Part shown: positions 26,033 to 37,173 of the stretch, one piece after another | Layout of the letters: each line of letters starts with the position of its first letter | How positions within the stretch are numbered: position 1 is the first letter of the stretch | Assembly: GCA_010093605.1 (NCBI GenBank) | Contig: MU004196.1 | Span: 1,138,606 to 1,202,605, forward strand | Source of the DNA: Lophium mytilinum | Taxonomy: Eukaryota | Direction of reading: 5' to 3' | DNA: 64,000 nucleotides | The notes under the pieces: model-generated | What the model was told of the DNA's origin: nothing | The model's database searches: none | Seen by the model: the letters and a program-made list of their open reading frames with translations, nothing else | Translations under genes and position numbers: made by a program

Positions 26033-27148
26033 ATGGCATCTACCACCACCACCACCATACCCAATCTGAGTCGCGCGGGCAGCGACCAAAGCCCCCATTC
26101 GAGCAAAGAAACAGGACTTGCGAGTGCCGAGTGGGAAGGTGAAGAGTCTGAAAATGAGTACTCCGACGAGAACCCCGAATGGGAGGGTGCTATCCCGAAA
26201 GACCTTCTACCTATCAGGGCTGCCGGCTCCGGAGCCTTCGGTAAGGTAGTCTACTGCATCCCACGTGGCTCTCTCAAAGACTATGCTGACATCACGAAGC
26301 AGCCATCGCATCTACCAATGAGCTTAAAGGGTCAAGTCTGCGTGGTGAAAGTTCACGGCACTAGGACAAACGCCCATATGGCATGGAGAGAAGCTTCAAT
26401 CCTTCGATTCCTCCAGGAATCCGATGGCTATCCCCGATATAACATCAGTTCTTTGATCGGGTGTGATATGCAAACAGACGGACTCTCGTCAATGACGATC
26501 GAGGCAACCCATGGGCCTACGCTAAGCGAGTTTGTTGGTACCTCCTTGACGCGATCTGGACGTAACTGGTTGTCTAGAGAATTCGTGTGGCATGTTTTCC
26601 TTCAACTCGGAAAAGCGATGCGCTTCATTCATAGCATGAAGGTCAGCCACAATGACGCCTTCCTAGACAACGTCATGCTTGATCCACAAAGACAGACCTT
26701 CCCCGGGCTACCTAACGTTGTTCTGATAGACTTTGGGTTCGCTCACCACATCGATACCGAGAGGAACAATCCGTATAACACGACGGAAATTTCTACGACG
26801 CCAGAATCCATGGATGTCCAAATGGGTCGCGATAACGTTGACTTCCTCGACGTCGTATCCACGCTCTGCGACTTCGTATGTAATGACGAAAGCGAGGAAT
26901 GGCTTAGCTTCGTGAATTTACTCCAAGAGTACGAGCTGCGGTTGGAAGATGATGAGGTTTCAGACGACGAAAAGTCTGGACTCTTGGACTACTTTTTCAG
27001 CAGGTACGAGGGCGTTGCCATTGCGGAACGCGTGCAAATGCACGAGATGGACAAGAAAAAGATGATGGACCACCTCTATGCAACCTCGAGGGGACTCAGT
27101 GACAAGGAGATTCGAAATGCTATCGTCGCTGAGCTCGAAAAGGCGTAG
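26033..27148 (+). CDS. Atypical protein-kinase-like protein (copy 1 of a local family), intronless
   Basis: Gly loop AGSGAFGKV, VVKVH Lys, alphaC WREASIL, catalytic loop HNDAFLDN, LIDFG. No APE or DxWxxG motif. Confidence 0.8.
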   Translation: MASTTTTTIPNLSRAGSDQSPHSSKETGLASAEWEGEESENEYSDENPEWEGAIPKDLLPIRAAGSGAFGKVVYCIPRGSLKDYADITKQPSHLPMSLKGQVCVVKVHGTRTNAHMAWREASILRFLQESDGYPRYNISSLIGCDMQTDGLSSMTIEATHGPTLSEFVGTSLTRSGRNWLSREFVWHVFLQLGKAMRFIHSMKVSHNDAFLDNVMLDPQRQTFPGLPNVVLIDFGFAHHIDTERNNPYNTTEISTTPESMDVQMGRDNVDFLDVVSTLCDFVCNDESEEWLSFVNLLQEYELRLEDDEVSDDEKSGLLDYFFSRYEGVAIAERVQMHEMDKKKMMDHLYATSRGLSDKEIRNAIVAELEKA

Positions 27149-27164
27149 AGTGGCGTAGTCTCCG

Positions 27165-27296
27165 GCTTTCTACCTTCTCCTTTCCTACTTTCCAGCTTCT
27201 CCTTTGCTGCTTTCTGGCTTCTCCTTTGTCGCTTTCTAGCTTCTCTTTCGCCGCTTTCTAGCTTCTCCTTTGACGCTTTCTAGCTTATCCTTTGCA
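27165..27296. repeat. 22-bp minisatellite, 6 copies
   Basis: Unit approx. GCTTTCTAGCTTCTCCTTTGNC repeated six times, starting 16 nt after the kinase stop codon. Confidence 0.9.
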
Positions 27297-28325
27297 CCTC
27301 ATCCCAAATTGCGATTCTCTCCTTTCTAAGCATTAGTAGAAACCTGATACAATGAATTCTTTAGCATTCAATATCCCCTTGAACGTAGTAAACGATCCGT
27401 AATGTGAAGTAGCCAGGGGCGGCGAAAACTAACCTCGCACCTCTACGTAGTGCTATCTAGGAACTTCTACCCAGGGCTCTGTGTAGGAGAGCTAAACATG
27501 AGAGGTCCTACAGATAGGCCAGCGCCTAAACGCAGCTCACGACAACTTCTCGGCCGACTACTCCCTTTCATTGACGCATCCACAGAGCCTATTCACACCT
27601 CTACTCCGGTACGAACGAATAGCTAAATGCAACCAGTGCTTTCCAGAGAACATGTAGGGATCCCACAACACCTGCAGCGCGTCGCAAGGCTACATTCAGA
27701 CGCACGACAGGCTCCCAACGCCACACGCTAGGAAAGCGTCTGCGCTCCGAGACCAAACAACGGGCGCGGACGGATGAAGCCGCGGTCCGAGATCGAATCC
27801 TAGACCACCTCCTAATAAGAAACTCCTGCTTAAACGAGTGCATTCTAAATACGCATTGTGGTGTTGCACTCCCCAAAGCGATTTTCGGGTTCATGACGTC
27901 AACGATCCCATTCTGAGGACACGGTTTAGACTAGTTATGCTCCAAAGCGGTAATTGAGATACTGGTGCCATGATGCCGCTACTGCTGAAGTACGATCTGC
28001 TAAACCCTACGATGGGAATGCCGGCTTCTGACTGGCTGGTGGAAGAGTAGTGTGGGGGTAAACTTTGTTGAGCTATAGAACTAAGGTTTGTGGCATATCA
28101 ATCGGGAAAGGGGACGACACCAAATCGCGATCGTGCTAAGTAGATACGTCTAGCGCGTGCGTCATAGGCGTGCAGAGAGATATAAGATTGTGTGTTTGTT
28201 ACACAGAGTTTACTTATTCCTCGCGCCTAGTCAATTTCATCTTATAGGTTACCGAGCTCCATACTACTAGATTCTCCATCCACTTTCCTATTCAAACTTC
28301 ATCCATACTCCACCTCAACCCAACC

Positions 28326-28616
28326 ATGCCAATCGCACGCCCCCAATCCGCATACAGCCTCTTCGTGAAGAACAACAAGGAGGAAGTAAAAAACGAGCAT
28401 CCCAACGCTACATCTGGTTAGTTTCAGTGCGATTCCACCTCTCCTCGCGTCGCTAACGGCGGCCGCACAGGGGACATCGCGAAAGCGTTAACAGCGAAGT
28501 GGAAAGCGCTCGAGAACGTGGAGAAAGAGCCCTATATACGTGGGGCGGCAGAGGACAAGGCCAGGTATGAGGACGAAAGAGCCTCGCAAGGCGGGGATGA
28601 GAGCGAGGAGGATTGA
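28326..28616 (+). CDS. Small single HMG-box protein (Nhp6/HMGB-like), 78 aa, 2 exons
   Basis: Intron 28417-28470 (GTTAGT...GCTAAC...CAG) gives MPIARPQSAYSLFVKNNKEEVKNEHPNATSGDIAKALTAKWKALENVEKEPYIRGAAEDKARYEDERASQGGDESEED. This carries the HMG consensus RP.SAY.LF / P / W / K.PY / RY. Confidence 0.88.
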
Positions 28617-29115
28617 AATAAGGTGGTGCTGTGATATGTTGTAGGATGGGGAGGGGATGATAAGTGGGAGTAGAGCGAGTTCTCTAATACATAATCCTGT
28701 TACGATTTGATGCAATTGTTTCGCGTTGACTGGCGGCATCTCTCGCAACACCGTTCCACGACGCATGAACGTATGTATGCTCTCGAAATCGCTGGCAACT
28801 GGAGCAACTAGGCATTGAAGCAAAGATGCCACATGCGACTTGATTGGTGCGACTTCTGCGAGGGTCGAGTCTACGGTCGGCGACGAAGAGGTAGCGACAT
28901 GCACCAGTTCTGCTTTAACGAAAGGCTCGTTGCAACGTCTAGCAAGTGACTGCGCGTGCAATTTCTTTGGGAGTGACGCTGAGTGGACGTTAATGGAACG
29001 ATCCTCAGCGCTGGGAAGGCGGAGAATTGCTTAGCACTTTTGGCAAGGCGCGCGGCTGAATAGGGCGTCCATGAATCCATCCCAGCAATAGGCTCGACCG
29101 GAGAGTCATTGCGTA

Positions 29116-29329
29116 AAGTGACAGGCCACAAGTCTGGGCACACTGGTACGCCACTGCTTAGGGTACCCCCACAGGGCTTTGAAGACTGAAGGGCGATGTC
29201 AAGCTTCAAGCAGTGCAGATTAGACCGCTTCTTGACTAACTGCCTGCTCAGCAGCCAGGCTACCCCGAACAGTGGTCTTGGGTGGGCAAACTGGAGCGAG
29301 CCCGTGCCCAGACTTGTGGCCTAGGACTG
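29116..29329 (+). mobile_element. Full-length ~214-bp MITE, Tc1/mariner-type
   Basis: Perfect 19-bp inverted repeats AGGCCACAAGTCTGGGCAC (29123-29141 / 29304-29322) inside ~26-bp imperfect TIRs ending (C/A)AGT...ACTG, flanked by TA on both sides. Homologous copies at 39.3-39.6 kb and 60.2 kb. Confidence 0.85.
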
Positions 29330-29828
29330 TAGATGTAAACCGGAAAGGGGTGGGTGGACGACAGGAAGGTCGAACGAACCCCACCCTTGGCAATGACGAT
29401 AACGTTAATAAAACCTTCTCTCAACATCAACCAAACACCACACCAGCAAAGACGAACATGACATGAACACGGGCCGCAATGGGCCCTGCTTCATTATATA
29501 CAGCCTGCGCTGCGACATCTCAGTCTACCCTGAACCCCCGTCCCTTGCCGGAGGACGTCCGGTCCCATCCCCGCCCCGGTCTCCAAAAAACACAATCATC
29601 ACACGCCGACGCCCTGCCATATTTTCCCAGATGCAAAAGTAGATACCACCAAGCCGCTGCAGTCCCCTATGATGAGCTAGAAGTAAGAATAGAAGTCAAC
29701 GCCGTGTAATGCCCGCCCCGGATATGCATGCATGCAGACGCTGGAAAGGAATCGAGAATCGTATCATGGTGGCCGCAGCCAGTCTATCGAGAGTCGAAGT
29801 AGTGGGTGGGTGTAGAGTCGATGGATCA

Positions 29829-30953
29829 TCAGAATAGGCCTCCCTCCATCGGAGATTGATCCTCTTCTCGCAAAGCACCACCGCTTCGTTTTTTGGGCCA
29901 GAGTTTCGAGCTAACTCGTTTCCAGCCGTCTTTCGTCGCACCGGCAATCCCGGAATGATCGCCCCGACCAAGACGTGGACTCGGGGTGGTCCCCTGCGAG
30001 TCGTAGTAGCTGTTGCCGTAGCTGAACTCGCTCATCGGCGGCGTCGTCGGCGGCGTCATGGGGTCGTCGAGGCCGCTGGGACTGCTGGCACTGCCGGAGT
30101 CGTCGGTGAGGGCGTCGCTCCCGCTGGTGTCCATGGCGGATGACGAGGATGTGGCTGGTGGACCTGAAGCGAAACGGCCATGTGCGGCGGCATTCCGGGA
30201 GTGCAGGAAGTTGGAGGTGAGAGAGGAGGGCGCGGATGCTCGCTGGGCGGTGGGCGAGGAGTTACGCGAGTACATGCCCCGGTCGTCGTATGAGCGGGTG
30301 TGCGTCCGCGACAGGCTGTTGTCGTCATGCTCGTACGCAGAGCCGGGAGTTGCCGTTTGCGGACAGAGAGAGTTGAGGAAGGGGGTGAGGACGGATTCCT
30401 CCATAAGTTCGTAGATTTTGGCGACGGCGGGATCGAGCGTCGCGGGGTGTGGCGGAATGTAGGGATTCGACTGGGCGAGGAGGGAGTCGCGCACGTCGCT
30501 GGGGAGGTTGACTTCTCGCGGGCCGTTGGGGGCGATATAGGCATCGAGGAGGCGTTGCCACAGCATCTTGACGTAGGTGCATTCGTCGCTAAGGGGGGAG
30601 ATGGGCGAGCCGGGGTTGCGTCCCATCATCTTCGAGTAGTGCTTCCGGTAGCGGGAGGCGTCCATTGTGAATTCGAGGGTTTCGAGGCAGTGGTTTTGCG
30701 AGAGGTAGGCCATGAAGGCGGATAATGTCCATGGCGGCGGCGCGGTGTTGGCGAGAATCTCAGAGAGGGTGGGTCTTCGAGGGCAGTAGGGGCCTGTGAA
30801 TCCGCGCGGTATCGACACGGTCAAGGGCCGCGAAGGCTGGTCGGCCATGTTCCCCTCGTCGTCGGCGTCCGAGTCGTAGGCAGACGAGCAGCGAGGGGAG
30901 GAGGCCGCGGATGAGGTCGTGATGCGCAGATTGCCGGCCTTGCGACTGTGCAT
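29829..30953 (-). CDS. rgsA: Regulator of G-protein signalling, RgsA-type (intronless)
   Basis: GPYCPRRPTLSEILANTAPPPWTLSAFMAYLSQNHCLETLEF...YIAPNGPREVNLP...IYELMEESVL RGS domain with a Ser/Pro-rich tail. First ATG at 30953. Confidence 0.88.
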   Translation of the reverse strand: MHSRKAGNLRITTSSAASSPRCSSAYDSDADDEGNMADQPSRPLTVSIPRGFTGPYCPRRPTLSEILANTAPPPWTLSAFMAYLSQNHCLETLEFTMDASRYRKHYSKMMGRNPGSPISPLSDECTYVKMLWQRLLDAYIAPNGPREVNLPSDVRDSLLAQSNPYIPPHPATLDPAVAKIYELMEESVLTPFLNSLCPQTATPGSAYEHDDNSLSRTHTRSYDDRGMYSRNSSPTAQRASAPSSLTSNFLHSRNAAAHGRFASGPPATSSSSAMDTSGSDALTDDSGSASSPSGLDDPMTPPTTPPMSEFSYGNSYYDSQGTTPSPRLGRGDHSGIAGATKDGWKRVSSKLWPKKRSGGALREEDQSPMEGGLF

Positions 30954-33360
30954 CACGGTCTTCCACAGCGCGCGGTAGGTCCGCTCAGTCGTCCGGGCCT
31001 TGTCGTAGCCGCCGGTGCAGGAGCAGAACGTAGCAGTCCGCACGGGACGGGGTCGTGGAGCCAGCTTGACGGGGAGGGCGTTCTCTACGGCAGCATGGGC
31101 GGAGGAGGAGTGTTTGAGAGCGGAGGACAGCAGCGAGGGACGGCAGACAGCGGTGGAGGGGAGGGCTGCGGTGCGAGGCTGGAGTTTGTCTTCTGGAAGT
31201 GGTCACGGCAGCGGGCGAGGGTGCTGGCTGGACTTGCGAGAGTCGTCCAATGCAGGCAATCCGAGACGAGTGAGACGGTGTCGGCAGGCTGCGTGCGAGG
31301 CGCTGCAGTGTCGTCGATTAGTGAGCAGCGGCGACGTCGTGGAGCGGAGGCTGGGGCTTGAGGGTTGGAGGAGAGGCGGAAGTGGTGCCGTCAGTGTGAA
31401 GAGTCGTAGGCTGGTGGTCAAAGAGGGGAGTGTTGAAGAGTGCAAGAGCAGAGGGATGGGCGCTTTCTAGACGGTTTGAGCCGCCGGTGGGCTTGATGTC
31501 GCGGGTGTCTGGGCTGGTAAGCACGGTGACTTTGCACAGACTCGGCTTGTGCGGTGGGCGGTGGTGGATCGAGAGGAGGCCTTTGCATGCTATGGCTGGC
31601 AGGCATTGGAACGCAGACGTGCTGGGTCGACGGGGGCGGATGCCAATCGCACCGTTAGGGCGGCGCCGCTTTTGCATTGCGGCCCTCAAATTGCGTTTTA
31701 TTGTGTCGCCAGACAAGGGCCTGACACGACCGCCCCGAGCAGGCGTCCCCAAGCCCTCCCGTTACGTCGCCGCGTCATGGGTGCCGAGCGTGATGTTTGC
31801 ATCCGTCGTCGTGAGAGAGACAGCCGCAGAGATCCCGAAAACCCAAGAGACACCCGCCGAGACAGCGACATCATTGCTGCACCCGAGTGTGCCTGTTTCG
31901 CCCTCCTCTGCTACGTCTGCTACGTCTGCTACGTCTACTATGCTCTTGATTCCACCCTTTGGTGCCTCTCTGCCCTCGTCCACTCAGTGGCGACGGCCCC
32001 GAATACGACAGGGCGCGGTTTCAGCTTGGGCGTTCTTTGTTCGTTCTAGCGCGCTTCCGTGGTGCAAGAGCGGCGAGGAGCCCCGCCCACTAAGCAGCCA
32101 TTGGCCGGCCCCCAGGTCTTGGAGTGCCAATCGCACGGGGGCGCCTTCTTCGCTGCTTCGATTGAACCTTCGCCGACAAAGCCAGTGCGCCGATCCCTCG
32201 AAGCTGGAGCTGCTGCCTCACGCCTCCGCTCCCCCTCGCCGGCAAGCCAAGTCGTTCGTCCTGCCCAAACAACCCTCCCCTCCGCGCCCCGTCTCCCCGC
32301 AGTGGCCGCGCGATGTCACGGTAAAGCGGCCAGACCACGGCCTCTAGGGCTCGGGCTCGTGTTGTTCTGGAGGCCAGCGCTGCGAGCTCCTGCCCTTCCT
32401 GTCGCTGCCGAGGGTCGCCCGGATGCCAAGGCTTGCTAAGGGACGGTGCTGGCCAGTGCCTGGAGATGGCGCCGAGCTAGAATGTCGCTAGAAGGCCGTC
32501 GTTTTCCAGAAGATTGCCTGTTTGCCCCTTTTGCAGCGCGACGCCCGCCCGCTGCCGATCATCTCACCCCCATCGTGCTGCGAATGACCGCATCGTCAAA
32601 CCACATTGGCTGCGCGGTCTGACGTGCGATATGACAGACCATATTGTGATATGAGCATCTGCGCGCCCCTGCCTCGTCCTCAACTCCCGAGTGCTGCCCC
32701 TGGTTGTATCCTGGCTGTATCAATTCCGTCTCCTGTCCAAACACCACCTCTTGCAGCCTCGAGACAGACTTCACCTCCAGACTCCACCCACATACTCCAC
32801 CTCTCGCGCACCACTCCCCGACGATAAGCGGTACGCACCTCACAAAACCAGATCTCTCCCGACCCGCGGTGGAGCCTCAATCGTGGCGGTGAGTGTTAAG
32901 GCAACCTCATTGCTAATATAAACTATTTCTGCCCGTCACGCACGCGCCACATCACACTCTTTTTTCCGTGGCGGCAGACTCTTCATCTTTTTCTTCACTT
33001 TGTCAACACGTCGCCTCCACTCGTCGCTCCTCGTGCCACCACGCTGACCCGCAAACGACACACTGCTGTCCGAGCGGCTCCCACGGCGACGGTAGCCACC
33101 GTGCTGCTTAATTAAGGTCTGCGGCGTAGTCCGTGACGTGAGCTGAGCATTGTTGGTGGCTAAAAGACGTAATCGAATCACGGGAACGCTGCATTAGGCT
33201 GTCCGGGAGTGTCCATGGGAAATAGAGACTGCGATGTTACTACATTGCATTCCAGAGTCTTACCTACAGCGCCAGCCAATCCTAGCCTGTGTCATTTTAG
33301 GCTTCTTACCAACAAGCCAGTCTCGCATATGACAGTTCCCGAGTTTTAGTATCTTACATC

Positions 33361-35178
33361 TCAGGCCAGTCTTACGCGCCTCCCAGGCCGGGTTTCAAGC
33401 GCTGCAACATCCATATCCCATCCGGCAGCTCCCAGCTTCTCTGCCGTCTGCTTCCACGTCTTGCTGACTTCTAGGAGCCCCATTCGTAGGCCAGTGAGAG
33501 AATCTGCCTGTTTGGACCGCGCTACCATCAGCGCCTGTGTCCATGCTTTCAACTGGTCAATCGGCGTGCTTCCCTGTTTCAAAACAATCAACGCCTCAGA
33601 CCTGGCCACGTCAAACCACAGCATGTACGCCTCGTCTCTGTACAGCTCCGCCAGCTCAGACAGCGTCGAATCCAGCTGCACAGCTCCCGTCTTAGCATGG
33701 CTGAGCCCTAGACGGTGCAGCAGGGTCTGCAAGTCAACCCCAATCCTCCCATACCCCAGCACTCTCCCATCCACCCATCTCAACGCCCCATCTCTTTCAA
33801 ACACCTTCTCTTTCTCCGACACCTGCTTCGGTTTCAGCACCCTGCCACTACTCATCAACTCCCCCAGCACGATATTCGCCCTCTGCCGGTTCAACGTCCG
33901 CATACTAACCGCCCGCACCGCCCTATGGTTCATCCCCAAATGCACCGCCAGCAGCACCACCAGCACAGACCACGTCGCAGCCGCCGAGCGCACCCAGGAA
34001 ACCACTACGCTGCCCGCCTAGGAAAGTCTGCATATCAGCCTAAGCGCGCCCGCACTCTCGATCGATCGGCCACTCACCAGCATGCCAAGCAGCGAGATGA
34101 CCGTCTCCTGGCTCGAGTCTTTCTGCGTATCGCATTAGCGCCATCTCATCAGCAGCCGTAGATGAATAACACAGGGATGCACATATTAACAGCAGATCCA
34201 CCCAGCACTCACAGCATTCAACTCTCCCAAGTTCCCGCGCTGCGCAAAGTGTGCAGATAGACTCGCTTTCGCGCTGCCGGCTGCGACGCCGCATAGGGAC
34301 CGCAGGATGCTGGATAGCCCGAGCACGAGCACACGAACGGGCTTGGGGAAGGCGGGTGACAGGCAGTCCAGCACCATGGCCGCGTCGTTGAAGACGTCGG
34401 CGGCCAGTCGGTACATCTTGCACTCGGGCTCCAGCGCGGTGCCGAGCCGGTGCGCGAAGAGGATCGTTGCGATGCGGCCCATGGACTCTTGGAGCACGTT
34501 GAGGAGGAGCGCGGCGGTGGGCGAGGCGGATGCGTCGCCGACGCCGACGCCTGGGAGCGTGAGTTTGGGAGGGGTGGGTGGATGGGAGGGCTGGGTAGAT
34601 GGGAGATATCCGATTGGGGGATGGGATGGGTGTATAGCGGGTTGTTTCAATGTGATTGCGGGAAGTGGTGTGGAGGTTATAAATAGCACATATACGCTAG
34701 CTATGGTATAAGAGAAGATCGTTACGCACCTTCCAAAACCGCGCGTGAGGACAACATGCCTGCGATCGAGCTGGCGAAGGCTTGGAGGGAGTCCTGGTAG
34801 CGGGATTTAGCACGTGATGATCAGATACAGAAAGCTACGAACGTAGATCTGGTACCTGGGACGTTGCGTCGTTAGCGTCCCATGCTGTCGAAGATGTTGG
34901 AAGACCTCGAGAGGCGGGAGGGGGAAGGACACGCACTCCAAATAATCCTCCGTCACGCTGCTCGGATACCCGGCGGGGAGGAAGACATCGAGGACGGTGC
35001 GCCAGCTGCTTTTTGGGTGTTGGGGGTGCTGTGGTTGGTTAGACACGTGGGACGGGTAGAGCGCGTGGGGACGAACGATGATGTCCACCCTGCTGCCTTG
35101 GGAGGAAGGGGAGGAGATGTAGGTTGCTAAGAGGGCGCCGGCGTCGTCGCGTTCGGTGATTGAGAGGTTGGGGGACAT
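33361..35178 (-). CDS. RUS1 / DUF647 (root UVB sensitive) family protein, multi-exon
   Basis: VFLPAGYPSSVTEDYL-EYQIY-DSLQAFASSIAG...GVGVGD...YRLAADVFND...CGVAAGSAKASLSAHFA..GNLGELNA-KDSSQETV...TLNRQRA motifs. Confidence 0.9.
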
Positions 35179-36267
35179 GGTGGTGGTGTTTTGGGTGTGG
35201 GAGGTGGGAGGGTGGGGTGGGTAGTGTCGTTGGGGGTACGAAATAACGGAACAAGTTGGGGGTTTGGATTCGCGACGGATGGCCGAGAAAATCGGTTATC
35301 AAGGATTAGAGGGATCAGTGGTGTGGTTATAGGAGGTAAAGGTTGTTTCCCAATGATTTCAGGAATTCCCTCAATTTAACCATGGGGGAATCTGGTTTCT
35401 TAATGCAAGAGAAGGAAAAGATAGGGTGCTATCATTTCAAAGGTATTGCGAGTTGCATCTCCTTTCATTTCTTCAGCAAGTCAGCAAGTTGGACCTGTTT
35501 ATAGCTCGGGGTGCTATTTCTTAGGAATTTATCTACATCGAGTCAGATAACCGGAGTTCGAAACGTCTAACTGAGCTGCAAAGATATCTAGGACCACCGC
35601 ATATTACTTCTTTCAACCCCCCACAAGCAACAAAGCTGCAGAACGAAGACTAAGCATCGTAGTTGGTCGAATCCTGCCGTTTCATGGGAGCTAAATCAAA
35701 TCAACAGTCCCAAAGAAAAGGAACAAAGACCACCGAACGTGTAGCACTCCAATCCCGAAAGCCACTAACAGCATTCCTAGGCTGTTTTTCGACTTTCACT
35801 TTGACTCCGCCTTCATGCACGGACTGTGAAGCCTCTTGAATTCACGCAAGATCCCTTGCGTCTACATAAACGGTAAAGAGAAAGGTTCAAAGCGATCAAT
35901 TTACTGAATCGGTGGCAAGTAGGCAGTTCGTCCTCCACTTTCGTATCTCTCGAACGAGGTGGAAATCCGGGTATCTTGCAGGACTGATAGATGTGCAGGT
36001 GGTCTGCTAGAACCGATTGCTGAACACAAAGTATGCGCAGTCTCATCTGTAAAGCGATGGGTCGGAGATCGCGAGTTGAGATGGTGAAATGTCGCGGCGA
36101 TGACGGTGAAGAAAACTGGAAATCGATGGCGGAGAAGAGGGAAGTACATAGTGTTCCCTTCTACTCTTATCTACAACGCACAAAAAGGTGCGTATATGCA
36201 GGCATGAAGTAAACGGAATACCAGTTTTATTGGCATGTGAACTCCCTAGGAGTAGCCACCATTCACC

Positions 36268-37173
36268 TCAAAGGATTTTGCTTATCCACCGCCGAATCGA
36301 AGGTTGATTTCTTGTGGGCATCGGCGTTGGAGCAACCACTGTAGCTGGTTGTATTCTTGTAAGTGTCGGCGTTGGGACAACTGCTGTTACTGGTTGTGCT
36401 TCTGCAGCCGGTTCAGTCGCCTTGGTCGTGGTATTCTTTGCCGCCGTCTTCTTGCCCTTTCTTTCCTCCTTGCACTTCTCCCGTTCTTCGTCGCTAGCGT
36501 GCTCATGATAATCACATACATCCATGCTCTTCCTTTTCTTTCCCGCTGCAAGATCGGCCATAGTGTCAAGTCCCTTGACCATCATCCCAAGGAGAAACGC
36601 GTGGGGGAGATCAGCCCGTAGCTTCCCATCTGTGTTTAATTCCTTGTTCTCGTTATAATCGTGTACCGACGCTAGGTATCCTTTCCGGATATACCTATCG
36701 ATAAGCAGCTGGCATAGTGGAGAGTCCTCGGGCAGGAGGTCATAGGTGAGAATGACGCTTCTGTAGTAGGGCACCACACCCTCGCGCTCGTAGTAATCGA
36801 AGACGTGGTCTATGGCATCCCTTCGGAGGTTAGGAATCTCATATTGATCGCCAAGTGCGTAGAGTCTTGTGACTATATCTAGCTTTGCTGAGGTTCTGAG
36901 ATCGGTTCCTGGGTTGGTGGGTCGTGTCGGACGGGGATGGAGGCTGTAGTCTGAGAGTGGGCAAGGGAGGGTTTGATGGTAGAGCCAGTCCAGGAAGTTG
37001 CCAAATAGTGTCTCTTCAACGTCCTCCATGCTGGTGTTTCGCTCTTCTGCTTCTTTAAACGATCCTTTGAACATGGCGTGGAAGTAGTCTGAATAGTGGG
37101 TGAGAAGGTCCATGTGGGCAGTGTAAGGCTTCTTTTCGGTGCCGACGAAGATGGTGACCATCGTAGGATCCAT
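36268..37173 (-). CDS. BTB/POZ domain protein (tandem copy A)
   Basis: VTIFVG..YTAHMDLLTHYSDYFHAMFKGSFKEA..LFGNFLDWLY; LYALGDQYEIP; C-terminal CDYHEH motif. Confidence 0.88.
   Translation of the reverse strand: MDPTMVTIFVGTEKKPYTAHMDLLTHYSDYFHAMFKGSFKEAEERNTSMEDVEETLFGNFLDWLYHQTLPCPLSDYSLHPRPTRPTNPGTDLRTSAKLDIVTRLYALGDQYEIPNLRRDAIDHVFDYYEREGVVPYYRSVILTYDLLPEDSPLCQLLIDRYIRKGYLASVHDYNENKELNTDGKLRADLPHAFLLGMMVKGLDTMADLAAGKKRKSMDVCDYHEHASDEEREKCKEERKGKKTAAKNTTTKATEPAAEAQPVTAVVPTPTLTRIQPATVVAPTPMPTRNQPSIRRWISKIL

Noticed and set aside
27641..27656. 16-bp inverted match TTCCAGAGAACATGTA with 53611-53626 near kinases 1 and 2
   Set aside because: About one such match is expected by chance in a 64-kb self-comparison, and the flanks do not align convincingly.
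31430..32347. 305-aa plus-strand ORF upstream of rgsA, including a (CTACGTCTG)3 repeat
   Set aside because: GC-rich promoter/leader region, non-ATG start, Arg/Pro/Ser-rich with no motifs. The 9-bp repeat is ordinary slippage.
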